Below are positions 22,703 through 33,787 of a DNA stretch of 64,000 nucleotides, one piece after another. Location: positions 1-64,000 of the forward strand of contig JAWODC010000043.1 of assembly GCA_046483495.1 (NCBI GenBank), in the 5' to 3' direction. Each line of letters starts with the position of its first letter. Within the stretch, counting starts at the first letter, position 1. The stretch comes from Desulfobacterales bacterium. GTDB taxonomy: Bacteria; Desulfobacterota; Desulfobacteria; Desulfobacterales; UBA5616. The notes under the pieces were generated by a model that was not told the DNA's origin, made no database searches, and saw nothing but the letters and a program-made list of their open reading frames with translations. Position numbers and translations under genes: made by a program.

Positions 22703-23755
22703 TCAAGCACTTATTAAGAGCCCTTTTGAATCGATTCGCGTATCCAGCAGACAGGCGCCTTCTATTCCGGAAAGCGTTTCTTCCCAATGGCCCCTCAGCC
22801 TGCGGATATTCGTCTTTTCTCCCAGCGCCCATACGCACCCGCCACCACCCGCACCGGTGAATCTGGCGCCGCAATGATGGTGTTTTGCGGTTTCCACGAG
22901 CATTTCCCCCGTGTCATTGAGAACATCGGCCGTCAGGCGTCGACGCATATCCGTTTCCCGATTCATCCACCGGCACGCCGTATTCACATCTTTTTCGGCA
23001 AGGGCATCGATGAAGGCGTGTGTGCACCCGATAATTTCCTTCCAGACATCCCGGTATTCACCCGATATAAATTGCTTGGCCCATCTTCCATTGACATCGA
23101 GTGATTCATGGGGCTCTCCGCAGTACGCCAGTAAAATTGATCGTTCAAGCTCGGAGAATCTATTTTTCCGTATGACCGTTTTTTTCCGAAAGGCCGCCCC
23201 GTCAAATCCCGGCCGCCAATACCAGGCATTCACCCCCCCGTAGGCAGCCGCCAGATGATCCTGGATGCCGCAAATCGCCTGTGCAGTAACGGATTCAATC
23301 GCATGGGCCAGCTCGGCGATATGCCTCCTTGACAACGGTTTTTCGTCCCGCCGCGCCCTAAGACGGGAAAGTGCACCGGCCAGCGCCACCGCCGCCGATG
23401 AAGACCCTCCGAGTGCACTTTTTACCGGAGATGCAGAAATGATATCTATCCGCAGTCCATCCGCTTGAAAATAATCGGAAATGGCGAACATTAAACCCAG
23501 TGGATGGTTAAAAGGCGCCGCCCCCGGTGGATATTCGGCACTTTGAAATCCCCGGGAAGTAATGTTAACCCGGCCTGTTTCATATCGGCTGACCGCAACA
23601 CGCGTCCTGATATCGAGAGCGATATTGAACGTGCACGGATTAAAACGCATCAGTGGATAATGAAACGTACTGATATCCAGTGTTCCTCCCAAATCAATCC
23701 GGCACGGCGCCGATGCTTCGATTAATTTCGGTGATTCGGTTTCTTTTTCGGTCAT
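22703..23755 (-). CDS. GHMP-superfamily kinase (HddA/galactokinase-like), substrate unknown
   Basis: SAPCRIDLGG, PVKSALGGSSAA (variant GHMP loop), GIQDH, TGAGGGG. Confidence 0.85.
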   Translation of the reverse strand: MTEKETESPKLIEASAPCRIDLGGTLDISTFHYPLMRFNPCTFNIALDIRTRVAVSRYETGRVNITSRGFQSAEYPPGAAPFNHPLGLMFAISDYFQADGLRIDIISASPVKSALGGSSSAAVALAGALSRLRARRDEKPLSRRHIAELAHAIESVTAQAICGIQDHLAAAYGGVNAWYWRPGFDGAAFRKKTVIRKNRFSELERSILLAYCGEPHESLDVNGRWAKQFISGEYRDVWKEIIGCTHAFIDALAEKDVNTACRWMNRETDMRRRLTADVLNDTGEMLVETAKHHHCGARFTGAGGGGCVWALGEKTNIRRLRGHWEETLSGIEGACLLDTRIDSKGLLISA

Positions 23756-23771
23756 CGTATCTCCAAAGATA

Positions 23772-24578
23772 TCACCCGCCCGGCTTTTGCTTCTTCGGAC
23801 CGCCCCTTGTTTCGGAGGCCCTTAACTGCTGCAGAAAACGCAGACTTTTCAGCTCTTTTCCCAGGCAAAACGGTACGAATGCCTCCAAAAACGACAGGCT
23901 TTCATGCAGCGCGGACGGAGAGAATCGAATCCTGGCCGCTGTAGAAAGGCTGCTGCGCTGGAGCCATAACAGCTGTTTTATCGTACCCTTGGACAACGGC
24001 AGGAGATGGGCTGCTGCTTTACGACACTCACAGCATATCACCCCGCCGTTTTTGACATCGAAAAATACCGGATGCCGCGGCAAATCCTCGGTTTTGCGGC
24101 CGCAGGAAAGGCATTCCGACAAGCTGGGGGAAAAGCCGGACATTGCCATAAAGCGCATCTGAAACAAAATGCCGGCGGTTTCCTCCGTCAGTATTTCCTC
24201 GTCCAACAGCTCAAGGGCATAGCGATAAAGATGAAAAACGGATTTCTGAACCGCCTTTTCTTCCATATGTTCGTTGATCAGCTCCGCCATAAACGCGGCG
24301 TAAGCCGATTTGGATACGTTGGAACGTATGTTGGCGAACGGTTTGGATACGGCGGCTTCCTGAAGCACCGGCAAGCCTCTGTGGCGGCCGCCCGTGTAAA
24401 CGATGTCCAAGACACCATAGGGTTCCAGGACACCTGAAAATCGCTTTTTGCTCTTCTTCGCCGATTTTGCAATCAGGACGACCTTGCCCTGATTCAGCGT
24501 AAGAAAGGTGCATATGAGGTCGTAATCCCCATAGGCCATGCGTCGAAGCATGATGGCGGGAGTTGAGATACTTGACAT
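23772..24578 (-). CDS. recO: DNA repair protein RecO
   Basis: N-terminal OB-type segment (YGDYDLICTFLT..GKV), Zn finger CxxC...CxxC; upstream of glyQS. Confidence 0.92.
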   Translation of the reverse strand: MSSISTPAIMLRRMAYGDYDLICTFLTLNQGKVVLIAKSAKKSKKRFSGVLEPYGVLDIVYTGGRHRGLPVLQEAAVSKPFANIRSNVSKSAYAAFMAELINEHMEEKAVQKSVFHLYRYALELLDEEILTEETAGILFQMRFMAMSGFSPSLSECLSCGRKTEDLPRHPVFFDVKNGGVICCECRKAAAHLLPLSKGTIKQLLWLQRSSLSTAARIRFSPSALHESLSFLEAFVPFCLGKELKSLRFLQQLRASETRGGPKKQKPGG

Positions 24579-24581
24579 GGC

Positions 24582-25940
24582 TTATATACCAAGGAAAGCC
24601 GTGGCAATGCTGAAGTAGAATAAAACGCTGATGATATCGATGGCGGTTGTCACGAACGGCCCGGTGGCTACGGCGGGATCAATGTTGATGCGCGCAAAAA
24701 ACATCGGCGCCAATGAACCGATCAAGGCGGCGATGCTCATTGAACACAAGACCGATAATCCAACAGAGAGCGCCGCAAGACCGATGCTGTACTGATACTG
24801 GGCGACACCGGCGATCAGTAAACCATAGATAAAACCAAGGATAAAACCGACGGAAAGCTCTTTTGATACGACCGGCCAGATATCACGAACACTGAACCTC
24901 CCGGTTGCGAGGCCCCGGACAACGATCGTTGACGATTGGGTCCCGATATTACCGCCCATTCCCATGATGACGGGAATGAATGCCGCTAGAAAGGCAAACC
25001 GCTGCAGGCTGGATTCATATTGTCCGATGATAAAAAACGCGATGACACCGCCGATAAAACTCGCCATAAGCCACGGAACCCGTATCCGTGTATTTCTCAT
25101 GATGGATTGCGTTTCTATGAACTCTTCTCCTACGCCCGCCATTTTTAAAATATCTTCGGTGGCCTCTTCCCGAAAAATGTCGATGACATCATCCACGGTG
25201 ACAATCCCCACCAGGACATTCGCCTCATCCACTACGGGAACCGCCAGAATATCATATCGGGCGACCAGCTTGGCCACTTCTTCCTGATCCATACCCGTCT
25301 GAACTGAAATAACATCCGTGGTCATTAAATCTTTCAACGGCGTCTCGGGCGGAACCAGGACAAGTTGGCGCAGTGAACACACGCCGGTCAACCTGCCGTA
25401 TTCGTCTACGACATAGAGATAAAACGGCATTTCGACATCCTGATGCTCTTCCTGCAGAGACTTGACGGCATCACGGGCGGTGGTATCCTCCCGCAAGGCG
25501 ATGAACTCCGGCACCATAATGCCGCCGGCGGTGTCGTCGCCGTATCGAAGCAGGTCTTCCACCTCCTCCGATCCCTCATCATGCATCCTTTCAAGAATCG
25601 CTTTCGATTTGTCTTCCGGTAAACGGCCGATCAAATCTGCAATATCGTCGGTCTGCATGCTTTCGAGCACCTCGACGATCTCGTCAAGATTCATTGCATC
25701 GATAAGGTTCAACAGCGTATCATCATAAAGAAGCAGCTCACTGAACAAAATCCCTTTTTGCTCAGGTTCGGTAATCATTTCAAGGAGCTTTCGCTGATCC
25801 GAAACCGGAAGCGAACGAAACACAAGGGAAAGGTCCGCGGCATGCGTTTTATTGACGATTTTCTTCAGGTGCGATGTTGCCTTACGACGAAGTAATCGCT
25901 TAATGCTGTCGACGAGCAATTTGTTACGGTCGTTTGTCAT
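24582..25940 (-). CDS. mgtE: Magnesium transporter MgtE
   Basis: DTAGGIM, CBS pair, GMGGNIGTQS, IDPAVATGPFVTTAID. Confidence 0.96.
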   Translation of the reverse strand: MTNDRNKLLVDSIKRLLRRKATSHLKKIVNKTHAADLSLVFRSLPVSDQRKLLEMITEPEQKGILFSELLLYDDTLLNLIDAMNLDEIVEVLESMQTDDIADLIGRLPEDKSKAILERMHDEGSEEVEDLLRYGDDTAGGIMVPEFIALREDTTARDAVKSLQEEHQDVEMPFYLYVVDEYGRLTGVCSLRQLVLVPPETPLKDLMTTDVISVQTGMDQEEVAKLVARYDILAVPVVDEANVLVGIVTVDDVIDIFREEATEDILKMAGVGEEFIETQSIMRNTRIRVPWLMASFIGGVIAFFIIGQYESSLQRFAFLAAFIPVIMGMGGNIGTQSSTIVVRGLATGRFSVRDIWPVVSKELSVGFILGFIYGLLIAGVAQYQYSIGLAALSVGLSVLCSMSIAALIGSLAPMFFARINIDPAVATGPFVTTAIDIISVLFYFSIATAFLGI

Positions 25941-26014
25941 TTTTCACTCCGGTATAACCATTGCCGCCGTTTCGTAAGAGGATCTAAACGAACTCCGCTG
26001 CAGAAAAATCGGTT

Positions 26015-27022
26015 TTACTTGATGATTTTGATATGCGCGTCCGCCCTCAGACCCTCGACCCATTCGGAAAATTTCTTTTCCATGGCCTGTTCATACAATT
26101 TTTCCTTGATGTCATCCGTCAATGACTCCAACGATTGCCCGGGAGTATTGGTGAGCTCCTGCACATAAAAAATCTGGAGGCCCTGCTTTGTGTTCACGAC
26201 TTGCGAATGCTCTCCCTCGCTTAACCCGGCGACTGCGGCACGGATTTCAGGCGACAGCGAATCCGGTTCGAAGACGCCCAAATCGCCACCTTCATCCGCC
26301 AGCAAATCGGAATGCTTCCGGGCCAATTCTTCAAACGGTACCCCTTCATCGAGTTGTTTTACAATCGATGCCATCTCGTGCTTCAGTCCGCTAATCCGCT
26401 CCTCATCCGCCAAAACGGGAATACGCTTAACGATGGTTCTTAAACGGAAGGCCTTCTTCCCGGCGTATTCATCCGAATGCGCCTCATAATACGATCGAAT
26501 ATCCGCGTCGGTAATGACGATTTTAGATCTGACCTCCCGATTCATTAACTTCGTCCTGAGCAGTTGAAGCCTCAAATTTTCGCGGTAACGCTCGACCGTC
26601 ATACCTTCCTGCGCCAATGCCTGCTTTAGATCTTCATCTGTCAGAAAGTTCATTTCCTTTACGCGTTCAAGGGCGCTGTTAATTTCATTCTCATGCAAAG
26701 TGATTTGGGATTTTTCGACCGCCTGGTCCGTCAACTTGTCGTTGATCAGCTCTGAAATCACCTTTTCCCTGATTTCATAAATCATCTTTCGGTTGTCATC
26801 CGGTGCATAACCCATGTTTTGGATTTTCTCGATGTGCGGCTTCATCGCCTGGTTCACCTCTTGCAGCGTTACAATGTCTTCGTTGACCTGGGCGACGATC
26901 CGATCGACGATCTCCGCCTGCACATCATTGCATCTGTACGACAACACCAGAATCGAAAAGAGAATCAGGGCTCCTGACACGGCATTGACAAAAAATTTGC
27001 CGAATTGTTGTTGTATTTTCAT
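26015..27022 (-). CDS. surA: SurA-like periplasmic chaperone/parvulin PPIase
   Basis: Signal peptide, VDRIVAQVN, FEELARKHS..GGDLG. Confidence 0.85.
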   Translation of the reverse strand: MKIQQQFGKFFVNAVSGALILFSILVLSYRCNDVQAEIVDRIVAQVNEDIVTLQEVNQAMKPHIEKIQNMGYAPDDNRKMIYEIREKVISELINDKLTDQAVEKSQITLHENEINSALERVKEMNFLTDEDLKQALAQEGMTVERYRENLRLQLLRTKLMNREVRSKIVITDADIRSYYEAHSDEYAGKKAFRLRTIVKRIPVLADEERISGLKHEMASIVKQLDEGVPFEELARKHSDLLADEGGDLGVFEPDSLSPEIRAAVAGLSEGEHSQVVNTKQGLQIFYVQELTNTPGQSLESLTDDIKEKLYEQAMEKKFSEWVEGLRADAHIKIIK

Positions 27023-27028
27023 TTTTCC

Positions 27029-27775
27029 TCATCCATTCGGTTCTTTTGGTTTATCGTCCGGCCCATTCACGTTTTCCAGGAGCGATTCATCGATCACGAT
27101 CGTGTATCGGTTTCGCAAATCCTCGATCCACGCAGTATAGGCGACCTGTGCCTTTTCCCGTTTGAGCCGGTGAAGAACGGCTTTCGAGCTTTCGTGCAGC
27201 CCTTCCCGCCCTTCTTTTTTTTGAATAAAAAAGTCCTCGATGTCCTCCGGAGTAACGGTTATGTGTTCTTCCAGGTCAACTTTGATAACTTTTTCCAGCA
27301 ATAATCGCTTCTTCAGTCCTTCCCGCCACAGGTGAAACGGAATGGATTCTTCAATCAGCGTTCGGCTGAAGGTATCTCCGGGGTAATCCGCTTGGATCTC
27401 CCGAACGGCATCGTCCAGCTCTTTCTCCGAAACGGTCAGGCCCAGCTCTTGAGCCCTGTTCATCAAAACCAATTCGTCGACCAGTTGACCCAGGACATCA
27501 CCCACGATGCTCTTTTGAAATTCCCGGTTTTTTAAAGCGGAAATGGAATAGGCTGCCTTGGCGATTTCCAATGCCGCTTTGAAGTCACTCATTGTGACGG
27601 ATCGCTCATCCACCCGGATCAGAACGGGATCCTGCCGCCGGACCGTTTCGTCCCGGCACCCTGCTCCCAATGAAATATTCACCAGCAGAACGGCCCCGAG
27701 CACACCTATCACGGTTTTAGGGTATCGCCTGATTCTCGACACGACACTCATCGGCATATTCTCATCCGGAAACAC
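27029..27775 (-). CDS. SurA N-terminal domain protein (probable lipoprotein)
   Basis: LGAGC lipobox-like motif, AQELGLTVS..ELD, WIEDLRNRYTIVI; no parvulin core. Confidence 0.75.
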   Translation of the reverse strand: MFPDENMPMSVVSRIRRYPKTVIGVLGAVLLVNISLGAGCRDETVRRQDPVLIRVDERSVTMSDFKAALEIAKAAYSISALKNREFQKSIVGDVLGQLVDELVLMNRAQELGLTVSEKELDDAVREIQADYPGDTFSRTLIEESIPFHLWREGLKKRLLLEKVIKVDLEEHITVTPEDIEDFFIQKKEGREGLHESSKAVLHRLKREKAQVAYTAWIEDLRNRYTIVIDESLLENVNGPDDKPKEPNG

Positions 27776-27846
27776 GTTGTATATGGAGATCCTTCAAGAT
27801 ACCGGGCTTTTCCGGAACCCGCCGTCACATAAACCTGAACCGTCTT

Positions 27847-30800
27847 TTACAGCGTGTCCGGGTTAACATGCCGTTCAATTTCTTTCAAGATGTTTTTAAT
27901 TTCACCCATTATAGCGCCCAGGCCCTGATTGATCAACTGAACTTTAAGTGATTTATCCTCCATGAATGAAAGATGATACTTGCTTTGTGAAATCATTTGA
28001 ACAATGCCGTGAGGATGCTTGACGTGAATTTGCGAGAAATGGATGATCAGCTCCCGCCCGTTCAAATCGAGGCGCCGGATACCGGCATTGCGTGAGAGGA
28101 CCCGAAGCATAATTTTCATCAGCAGGTTAGAGGCTTCCTGCGGAAGCGGTCCAAAACGATCTCCCAATTCATTTTTGAAATCGGCGATATCCTTCATATC
28201 CGACATTCTGGCCAGTCGGCGATAGGCGGTAAGCCGCTGGTCTATGTCGGATATGTACGACTCGGGAATAAATGCCGAAATGGAAATATTGATTTCCGGG
28301 TCGAGCGGCGGCAAAACGGGCTGACCCTTCATCTGCGCGATGGACTCTTCCATGAGTTTCAAAAACATGTCGTATCCAACCGCAGCAATATGGCCGGATT
28401 GAGAAGCCCCGAGAATGGTGCCGCCTCCCCTGATTTTTAAATCGCTCATGGCGATCTGAAATCCGGAACCCAGATCACTGTATTCCATCAGCACCTTCAG
28501 GCGTTTTTGGGCGTCCTTGGTGAGGACGCTTTCACGTGGAATAAACAAATAGGCATATGCCTGTTCATCCGCTCGTCCCACCCGGCCTCGAAGTTGATAG
28601 ATCTGAGAAAGGCCGAATTTATCCGCACGATTGACAATAATGGTATTCACAGAGGGGATATCCAATCCCGACTCGATAATTGTGGTGCATACCAGAAGGT
28701 CTGTTTCCCGCCGAATAAACTTGACCATCACTTCTTCCAGCCGGTCTTCCTTCATCCGCCCATGCGCTACGTCAAGCCGGACTTCCGGTACGAGCTGCCC
28801 GATCTTTTCAGCCACGCGCTGGATGTTGTGGATATTGTTGTGGACGAAAAAAACCTGCCCTCCTCTTTCCATCTCCTTTTTGATGGCCTCCGCCACTACG
28901 GCATCGTCATATTCCGAGACATAGGTGATGATGGCGCGCCTGTATTCAGGGGGGGTTGTAATCACGGATATATCCCGAATTCCCAGCAAAGACATGTGAA
29001 GTGTTCTTGGAATGGGCGTCGCCGTAAGAGCGAGGACATCCACGGTAGCCCTCAACTTTTTCAACTTTTCTTTGTGTTTGACCCCGAACCGCTGTTCTTC
29101 GTCAATGATAAACAGGCCCAACTCCTTGAATTTGACATCTTTTTGGAGCAGCCGGTGGGTTCCGATGACAATATCGGTCTTGCCCTCCGATAGACCCGTT
29201 ATGATCTCCCGCTGCTCCTTGTTCGAACGAAATCGGCTCAGGCAGGCGATATTTACCGGGTAGTCCTGAAAACGAGCGATGAACGTGGCAAAATGCTGCT
29301 CGGCAAGTACCGTTGTCGGCACTAAAACCGCCACTTGCTTGCCGCTATGAACGGCCAAAAAAGATGCCCTTAATGCGACCTCTGTTTTTCCGTATCCCAC
29401 GTCACCGCATACCAGCCGATCCATGGGTTCGGATTCGATCATGTCCTCCAACACGTTATCGATGGCTTTTTTCTGGTCCTCGGTTTCCTCATAGGGGAAG
29501 CCGGCCTCGAATTCCCGGTAATATTCATCGGGGTATTCAAACGCATATCCCTCACGGGTTTTTCGTTCCGCGTAAATCTTGAGCAGCTCTCCGGCAATTT
29601 TTTCCGTGGATTTTTTGACCTTGTCCTTTACCCGGTCCCATGTCTTCCCGCCGAGTTTGTCCAAAACCGGCACGATGCCGTCCACCCCCATGTATTTCTG
29701 AATGAGACTCATACGATCCACCGGAAGGTACAGTTTATCATTCTCTTTATACAATAACAGAAGAAAATCATTGGTGGAGCCGTTGAGCTTGAGCTTTACC
29801 AACCCTTTATACTTTCCGATGCCGTGTTCGGCATGAACCACCAGATCATCGGTTTTCAAGTCTTCTATCGTCAGCAGCAGATCAGTCCGAACATCCGGTT
29901 TGACCGGTTTTTTCCTGGAAAACTTTCTTCCGAAGATCTCGTTGCCTGTAACAATGGCCAGCATTTCAGAAGGCCAGACAAAACCGGCCCCGAGCCGACC
30001 GATGCAGAGGGCAACATCATCCTTTCCCGCGAATCCGGGAAATTCCGAATATACCTTTGTCTTTACACCGTAAAGACTCAACAATTCTTCAAGTCGGGCC
30101 AGCTGGGATTTGCCTGAACAGGTCATCAATACGGCTCTTCGGGAATTTTTCTGGTTGTTTATCCAGTTCAGTAGCGGAGAAAGAGGGATTTCCGAAGATT
30201 TATGGTTCTTTAAATTCAGGACGATCTCGTTGTTGTCCTGGATATCGACATAAAAATTCATTGATGCTTCGTAAGCCGCTGATTGCCGGCTGATCGGCAT
30301 CGTGCTCAAAGAAATTGACGGCCGTGTTTCCAGCCGCTTTTGAATATCTTTCCAATCCGCATACAGTGAGGAAGGCTCGGCACAGATCTTTTTCTGTTCG
30401 CGGGCTGCTTCGTAGTTTTTGTGGATTTGATCCACGTACCTGTCGGCCGATCCGTCCAATTGACCGGGTTCGTTGTAAATCATCACTGCGTTATCAGGCA
30501 GATAATCGACAAACGTATTCATCTGAGGATAGATCATGGGGGTCAAGCTCTCGATTCCGGGATAAACCCCCTCTTTGGAAATGCGATCGACGATTTCCCT
30601 TACCCGTGTGACCGGAGTCTCGAGGAGGTACGCCCGTTCCCGAATGCGCGCGATAATTTCAGTCAATGCGTGTTTGTCGAGAATCACTTCTTTAGCAGGC
30701 AGAATGACGGCTTCAGACGCTTCGCCGATTTTTCGCTGGGTTGCAGCGGAGAAAAATCGAATATTGTCAACCACATCTCCAAACAACTCGACGCGAATGG

Positions 30801-31368
30801 GATCATTATACATGGGGCAGAATATATCCAGTATACCGCCCCGAACGCAGAAATCGCCGTGTTCTTCAACAATGCCGGTTCGGGTGTATCCTCCGTCGAT
30901 CAGTTTTTCTATAAGCGCATCCCTGTCGATTTCCTCGCCCGCCATGACAAGCTCGGCATAACCGATGATCTTGTCTTTCGGAATGAGCTTGTGCATCATC
31001 CCGCCTACGGTGGTCACCACGACGCTCGGCCGGTAAATCGATGTCAATTGATAAAGCGTTCGAATGCGCTGCGTGGCCGTTTCATTGTGATATGAAAGGG
31101 TCTTAAACGGCAGCAGGTTATAGGGTGGAAAATAAATTGCGGCGTCCTTTTCGTCACTCATGAAAAAACCCAGGTCCCTGATAAATTCCTCGGCCGCCTT
31201 GGCGGATTCAAGAACGACCGCCAGGGTACGGTTCGATCGACCGGCAATTCGCGAAATCAGGTAGGCCCTTTCCGACCCCGAAATTCCTGTATAAACGGCG
31301 GATGCCTTCGATTCCGTCACCCGCCGTATCAATTCTGAAAAAAAAGTTTCATTATGCGTGGCAATCAT
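27847..31368 (-). CDS. mfd: Transcription-repair coupling factor
   Basis: RGGILDIF, VVHAEHGIG, GDVGYGKTEVA, DEEQRFG, QLRGRVGR, TRCF C-terminus; start re-placed at 31368. Confidence 0.97.
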   Translation of the reverse strand: MIATHNETFFSELIRRVTESKASAVYTGISGSERAYLISRIAGRSNRTLAVVLESAKAAEEFIRDLGFFMSDEKDAAIYFPPYNLLPFKTLSYHNETATQRIRTLYQLTSIYRPSVVVTTVGGMMHKLIPKDKIIGYAELVMAGEEIDRDALIEKLIDGGYTRTGIVEEHGDFCVRGGILDIFCPMYNDPIRVELFGDVVDNIRFFSAATQRKIGEASEAVILPAKEVILDKHALTEIIARIRERAYLLETPVTRVREIVDRISKEGVYPGIESLTPMIYPQMNTFVDYLPDNAVMIYNEPGQLDGSADRYVDQIHKNYEAAREQKKICAEPSSLYADWKDIQKRLETRPSISLSTMPISRQSAAYEASMNFYVDIQDNNEIVLNLKNHKSSEIPLSPLLNWINNQKNSRRAVLMTCSGKSQLARLEELLSLYGVKTKVYSEFPGFAGKDDVALCIGRLGAGFVWPSEMLAIVTGNEIFGRKFSRKKPVKPDVRTDLLLTIEDLKTDDLVVHAEHGIGKYKGLVKLKLNGSTNDFLLLLYKENDKLYLPVDRMSLIQKYMGVDGIVPVLDKLGGKTWDRVKDKVKKSTEKIAGELLKIYAERKTREGYAFEYPDEYYREFEAGFPYEETEDQKKAIDNVLEDMIESEPMDRLVCGDVGYGKTEVALRASFLAVHSGKQVAVLVPTTVLAEQHFATFIARFQDYPVNIACLSRFRSNKEQREIITGLSEGKTDIVIGTHRLLQKDVKFKELGLFIIDEEQRFGVKHKEKLKKLRATVDVLALTATPIPRTLHMSLLGIRDISVITTPPEYRRAIITYVSEYDDAVVAEAIKKEMERGGQVFFVHNNIHNIQRVAEKIGQLVPEVRLDVAHGRMKEDRLEEVMVKFIRRETDLLVCTTIIESGLDIPSVNTIIVNRADKFGLSQIYQLRGRVGRADEQAYAYLFIPRESVLTKDAQKRLKVLMEYSDLGSGFQIAMSDLKIRGGGTILGASQSGHIAAVGYDMFLKLMEESIAQMKGQPVLPPLDPEINISISAFIPESYISDIDQRLTAYRRLARMSDMKDIADFKNELGDRFGPLPQEASNLLMKIMLRVLSRNAGIRRLDLNGRELIIHFSQIHVKHPHGIVQMISQSKYHLSFMEDKSLKVQLINQGLGAIMGEIKNILKEIERHVNPDTL

Positions 31369-31673
31369 AAAAAAATCATAATATATCTGCAGATAAAAAA
31401 CAACGTACTCGAAGTCGGCCGGATGCGGTGTTCCGATCTTGAACCAGGGCGCACAAGCACGGTTCGGCAATGGGTGATCTACTGAAATACAGGCATTTCG
31501 GCTCGGAAGGAAAGCGCTATAGGGGAATGGAATTATTGAAATGCGTTTAAAATGATTCTTGACTAATATTTGCCGATTTCATTATGATAGCTGTCAACAG
31601 GCGAGCGTTTTTCTTACTATCGACAGGGCTGATCATGCATCGGCCTTGTTTTTTTTTACATCAGCAGGCTACC

Positions 31674-32435
31674 ATGACGTTGGCGGAAATTGAATTTAAC
31701 GGTTACGAGGTTTCCATTTCAGAAGCCTTGGACCGGATAAATGCCGGCGAAATGCTCGGGCGGCAGACCCATGTTCTGATCAAGCCGAATCTGGTGAATG
31801 CCGCCCCCCATCCGGTCACCACTCCTGCGGCATGCTGCGCGGCTGTCATTCAGTACATAAAAGCTTTTGCGAACCCGCAAATCGTCATCGGTGAAGGGTG
31901 CGGAGACGCCGCCCATGAAACCGGTGAATTATTCCAAATGCTGGGGTATGCCGATCTCCGAAAACGGTACGGCGTGGAATTGGTCGACCTCAACCATGCC
32001 CCCCTGGTGCGGTTGGAGCATCCCACCTGCCGGCTGTTTCCGGAAATGTATCTTCCGGAGATCGCCTTAAGCCATTTCCTGATTTCAGTACCGGTATTAA
32101 AAGCCCATTCACTTGCCGTTATGTCCGGAACGCTGAAAAACATGATAGGACTGGCACCGCCGAAATATTATTCCGGCGAATATGGAATCTGGAAAAAGTC
32201 GCTCTTTCACCACCATCTTCACAGGCGGATCACGGAACTCAACCGGTATCGCACTCCGGACATGACCGTCATGGACGCATCGATCGGCCTGAGCGAATAC
32301 CACCTCGGCGGTCCGGCCTGTTCGCCTCCGGTGAACACGATCATCGCCGGCTGCAACCCGGTCGAAGTCGATCGAAGGGCCGCATCACTGCTGAAACAGG
32401 ATTGGACGCGCATTCCCCATCTCAAGAATCCATAA
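31674..32435 (+). CDS. DUF362 family protein
   Basis: VLIKPNLV, VTTP, ISVPVLKAH, TLKNMIG, NPVEVD. ATG 31584 overlaps a TTGACT-18-TATGAT promoter-like site, so 31674 is the more likely start. Confidence 0.8.
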   Translation: MTLAEIEFNGYEVSISEALDRINAGEMLGRQTHVLIKPNLVNAAPHPVTTPAACCAAVIQYIKAFANPQIVIGEGCGDAAHETGELFQMLGYADLRKRYGVELVDLNHAPLVRLEHPTCRLFPEMYLPEIALSHFLISVPVLKAHSLAVMSGTLKNMIGLAPPKYYSGEYGIWKKSLFHHHLHRRITELNRYRTPDMTVMDASIGLSEYHLGGPACSPPVNTIIAGCNPVEVDRRAASLLKQDWTRIPHLKNP

Positions 32436-32439
32436 CCGT

Positions 32440-33702
32440 CTACATGGTCTCGGCGATTGAAACGGTGCGATCGCCCATGATATTGACGTAACTGCCCATT
32501 TCATTGTCATACCAACCGTAAATAACGGCTTGAGTAACCGGCATTCGAATAACGGCCGGCTCAGGAAACGAGGAAAGAAACGCTTCAACACCGGGCAGTT
32601 TTTTTAAATCGATTTTGATTTCCGCCGTCCGGGTGTGGGTCTCATGGCCCTCTATTATGGTTGCGGCATTGGGCGTGCCGATAATGTCACCGGAAACATT
32701 TTGCTTATCCGAATACAGGAGATAGCCGTTGGGGTCCAAGCCGGAGGATTCCCGATAAACCCCGTTGATGGTTTCCTTCCGAATCGTTCCGCCGACAATA
32801 TCATCCTGAAAATCAACCACCAAAATAATCAATGATCCCGTAGAGGTGGGAATCCTAACGGATTCTGCAATGAAGCCGATATGTTCCATTTCCGGAAGCA
32901 CCAACCGAAGGGTATTGGCCGCCCCGGTGGAAGTCAGGATAATATTGTTCATAACGCTTCTGTTTTTCCTGAGGTCTTTTGCTCCGCTTTTCGGCAGTCG
33001 ATCCAGCACTTCCTGGGACCCGGTTACGGCGTGGACGGTCGCCATCGATGCTGAAAGAATTTTTTCAGGGCCGAAATGGTTCAGCAGCGGTTTGATCATA
33101 TGGGCAAGGCATGTCGTGGTGCAGGATGCATTGGAAACCAACCGGTGCCGTCTTGGATCATAGCTGTTCTCATTGATCCCCATAACTGTCGTTACGGCAT
33201 CATCAGGCATTTTATGCTGTTTGTCCTTTATTTTAAACGGCGCCGAAACCACAACTTTGTCTGCACCGCATTCGAGATGACCTCTGACGGACCCGGAAGG
33301 ATGATCGGGGGAAAGGGTGGGGTCCAGGAATTTTCCGGTGGTATCGACCACCAGGCGAACATCGAAATCCATCCAGCCGATGTCGATGGGATTCCTTTTT
33401 TCACGCAGCACCCTGACCTTGATCCCATTGACCGTCAGGGTGCCCTCCGCTTCGTTGACATTCCGGATTACGGGTTCAGCGTTATGACCGTGCAAAAAGT
33501 TGTGAAGATAACCATACGTCGAATCCCTTTCGATGTAATGAACCACATCCTCGAGCGAACCGCCGACCGTCCGCCCGATATTGATAACCAACTCCTTAAA
33601 GTACTGGCGTCCCACATGATGCCAAAGTGTCAGTTTTCCGATTCTTCCCAATCCGTTAATACCGAGTTTCATTTCCCCATCATTTGCTCGATGCTTCATC
33701 AT
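32440..33702 (-). CDS. gap: Atypical, enlarged glyceraldehyde-3-phosphate dehydrogenase-family protein
   Basis: GINGLGRIG, DSTYG, NASCTTTCLA (catalytic Cys), RIPT, WYDNE; SD GGAGG before ATG 33702. Confidence 0.85.
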   Translation of the reverse strand: MMKHRANDGEMKLGINGLGRIGKLTLWHHVGRQYFKELVINIGRTVGGSLEDVVHYIERDSTYGYLHNFLHGHNAEPVIRNVNEAEGTLTVNGIKVRVLREKRNPIDIGWMDFDVRLVVDTTGKFLDPTLSPDHPSGSVRGHLECGADKVVVSAPFKIKDKQHKMPDDAVTTVMGINENSYDPRRHRLVSNASCTTTCLAHMIKPLLNHFGPEKILSASMATVHAVTGSQEVLDRLPKSGAKDLRKNRSVMNNIILTSTGAANTLRLVLPEMEHIGFIAESVRIPTSTGSLIILVVDFQDDIVGGTIRKETINGVYRESSGLDPNGYLLYSDKQNVSGDIIGTPNAATIIEGHETHTRTAEIKIDLKKLPGVEAFLSSFPEPAVIRMPVTQAVIYGWYDNEMGSYVNIMGDRTVSIAETM

Positions 33703-33787
33703 TGATATCCTCCATGTTCCGGCAAATGACAAAACCAGCCGTTTTCACATCATATTCATCCAGAATTGCCGTCTGTGGATGAGAACG

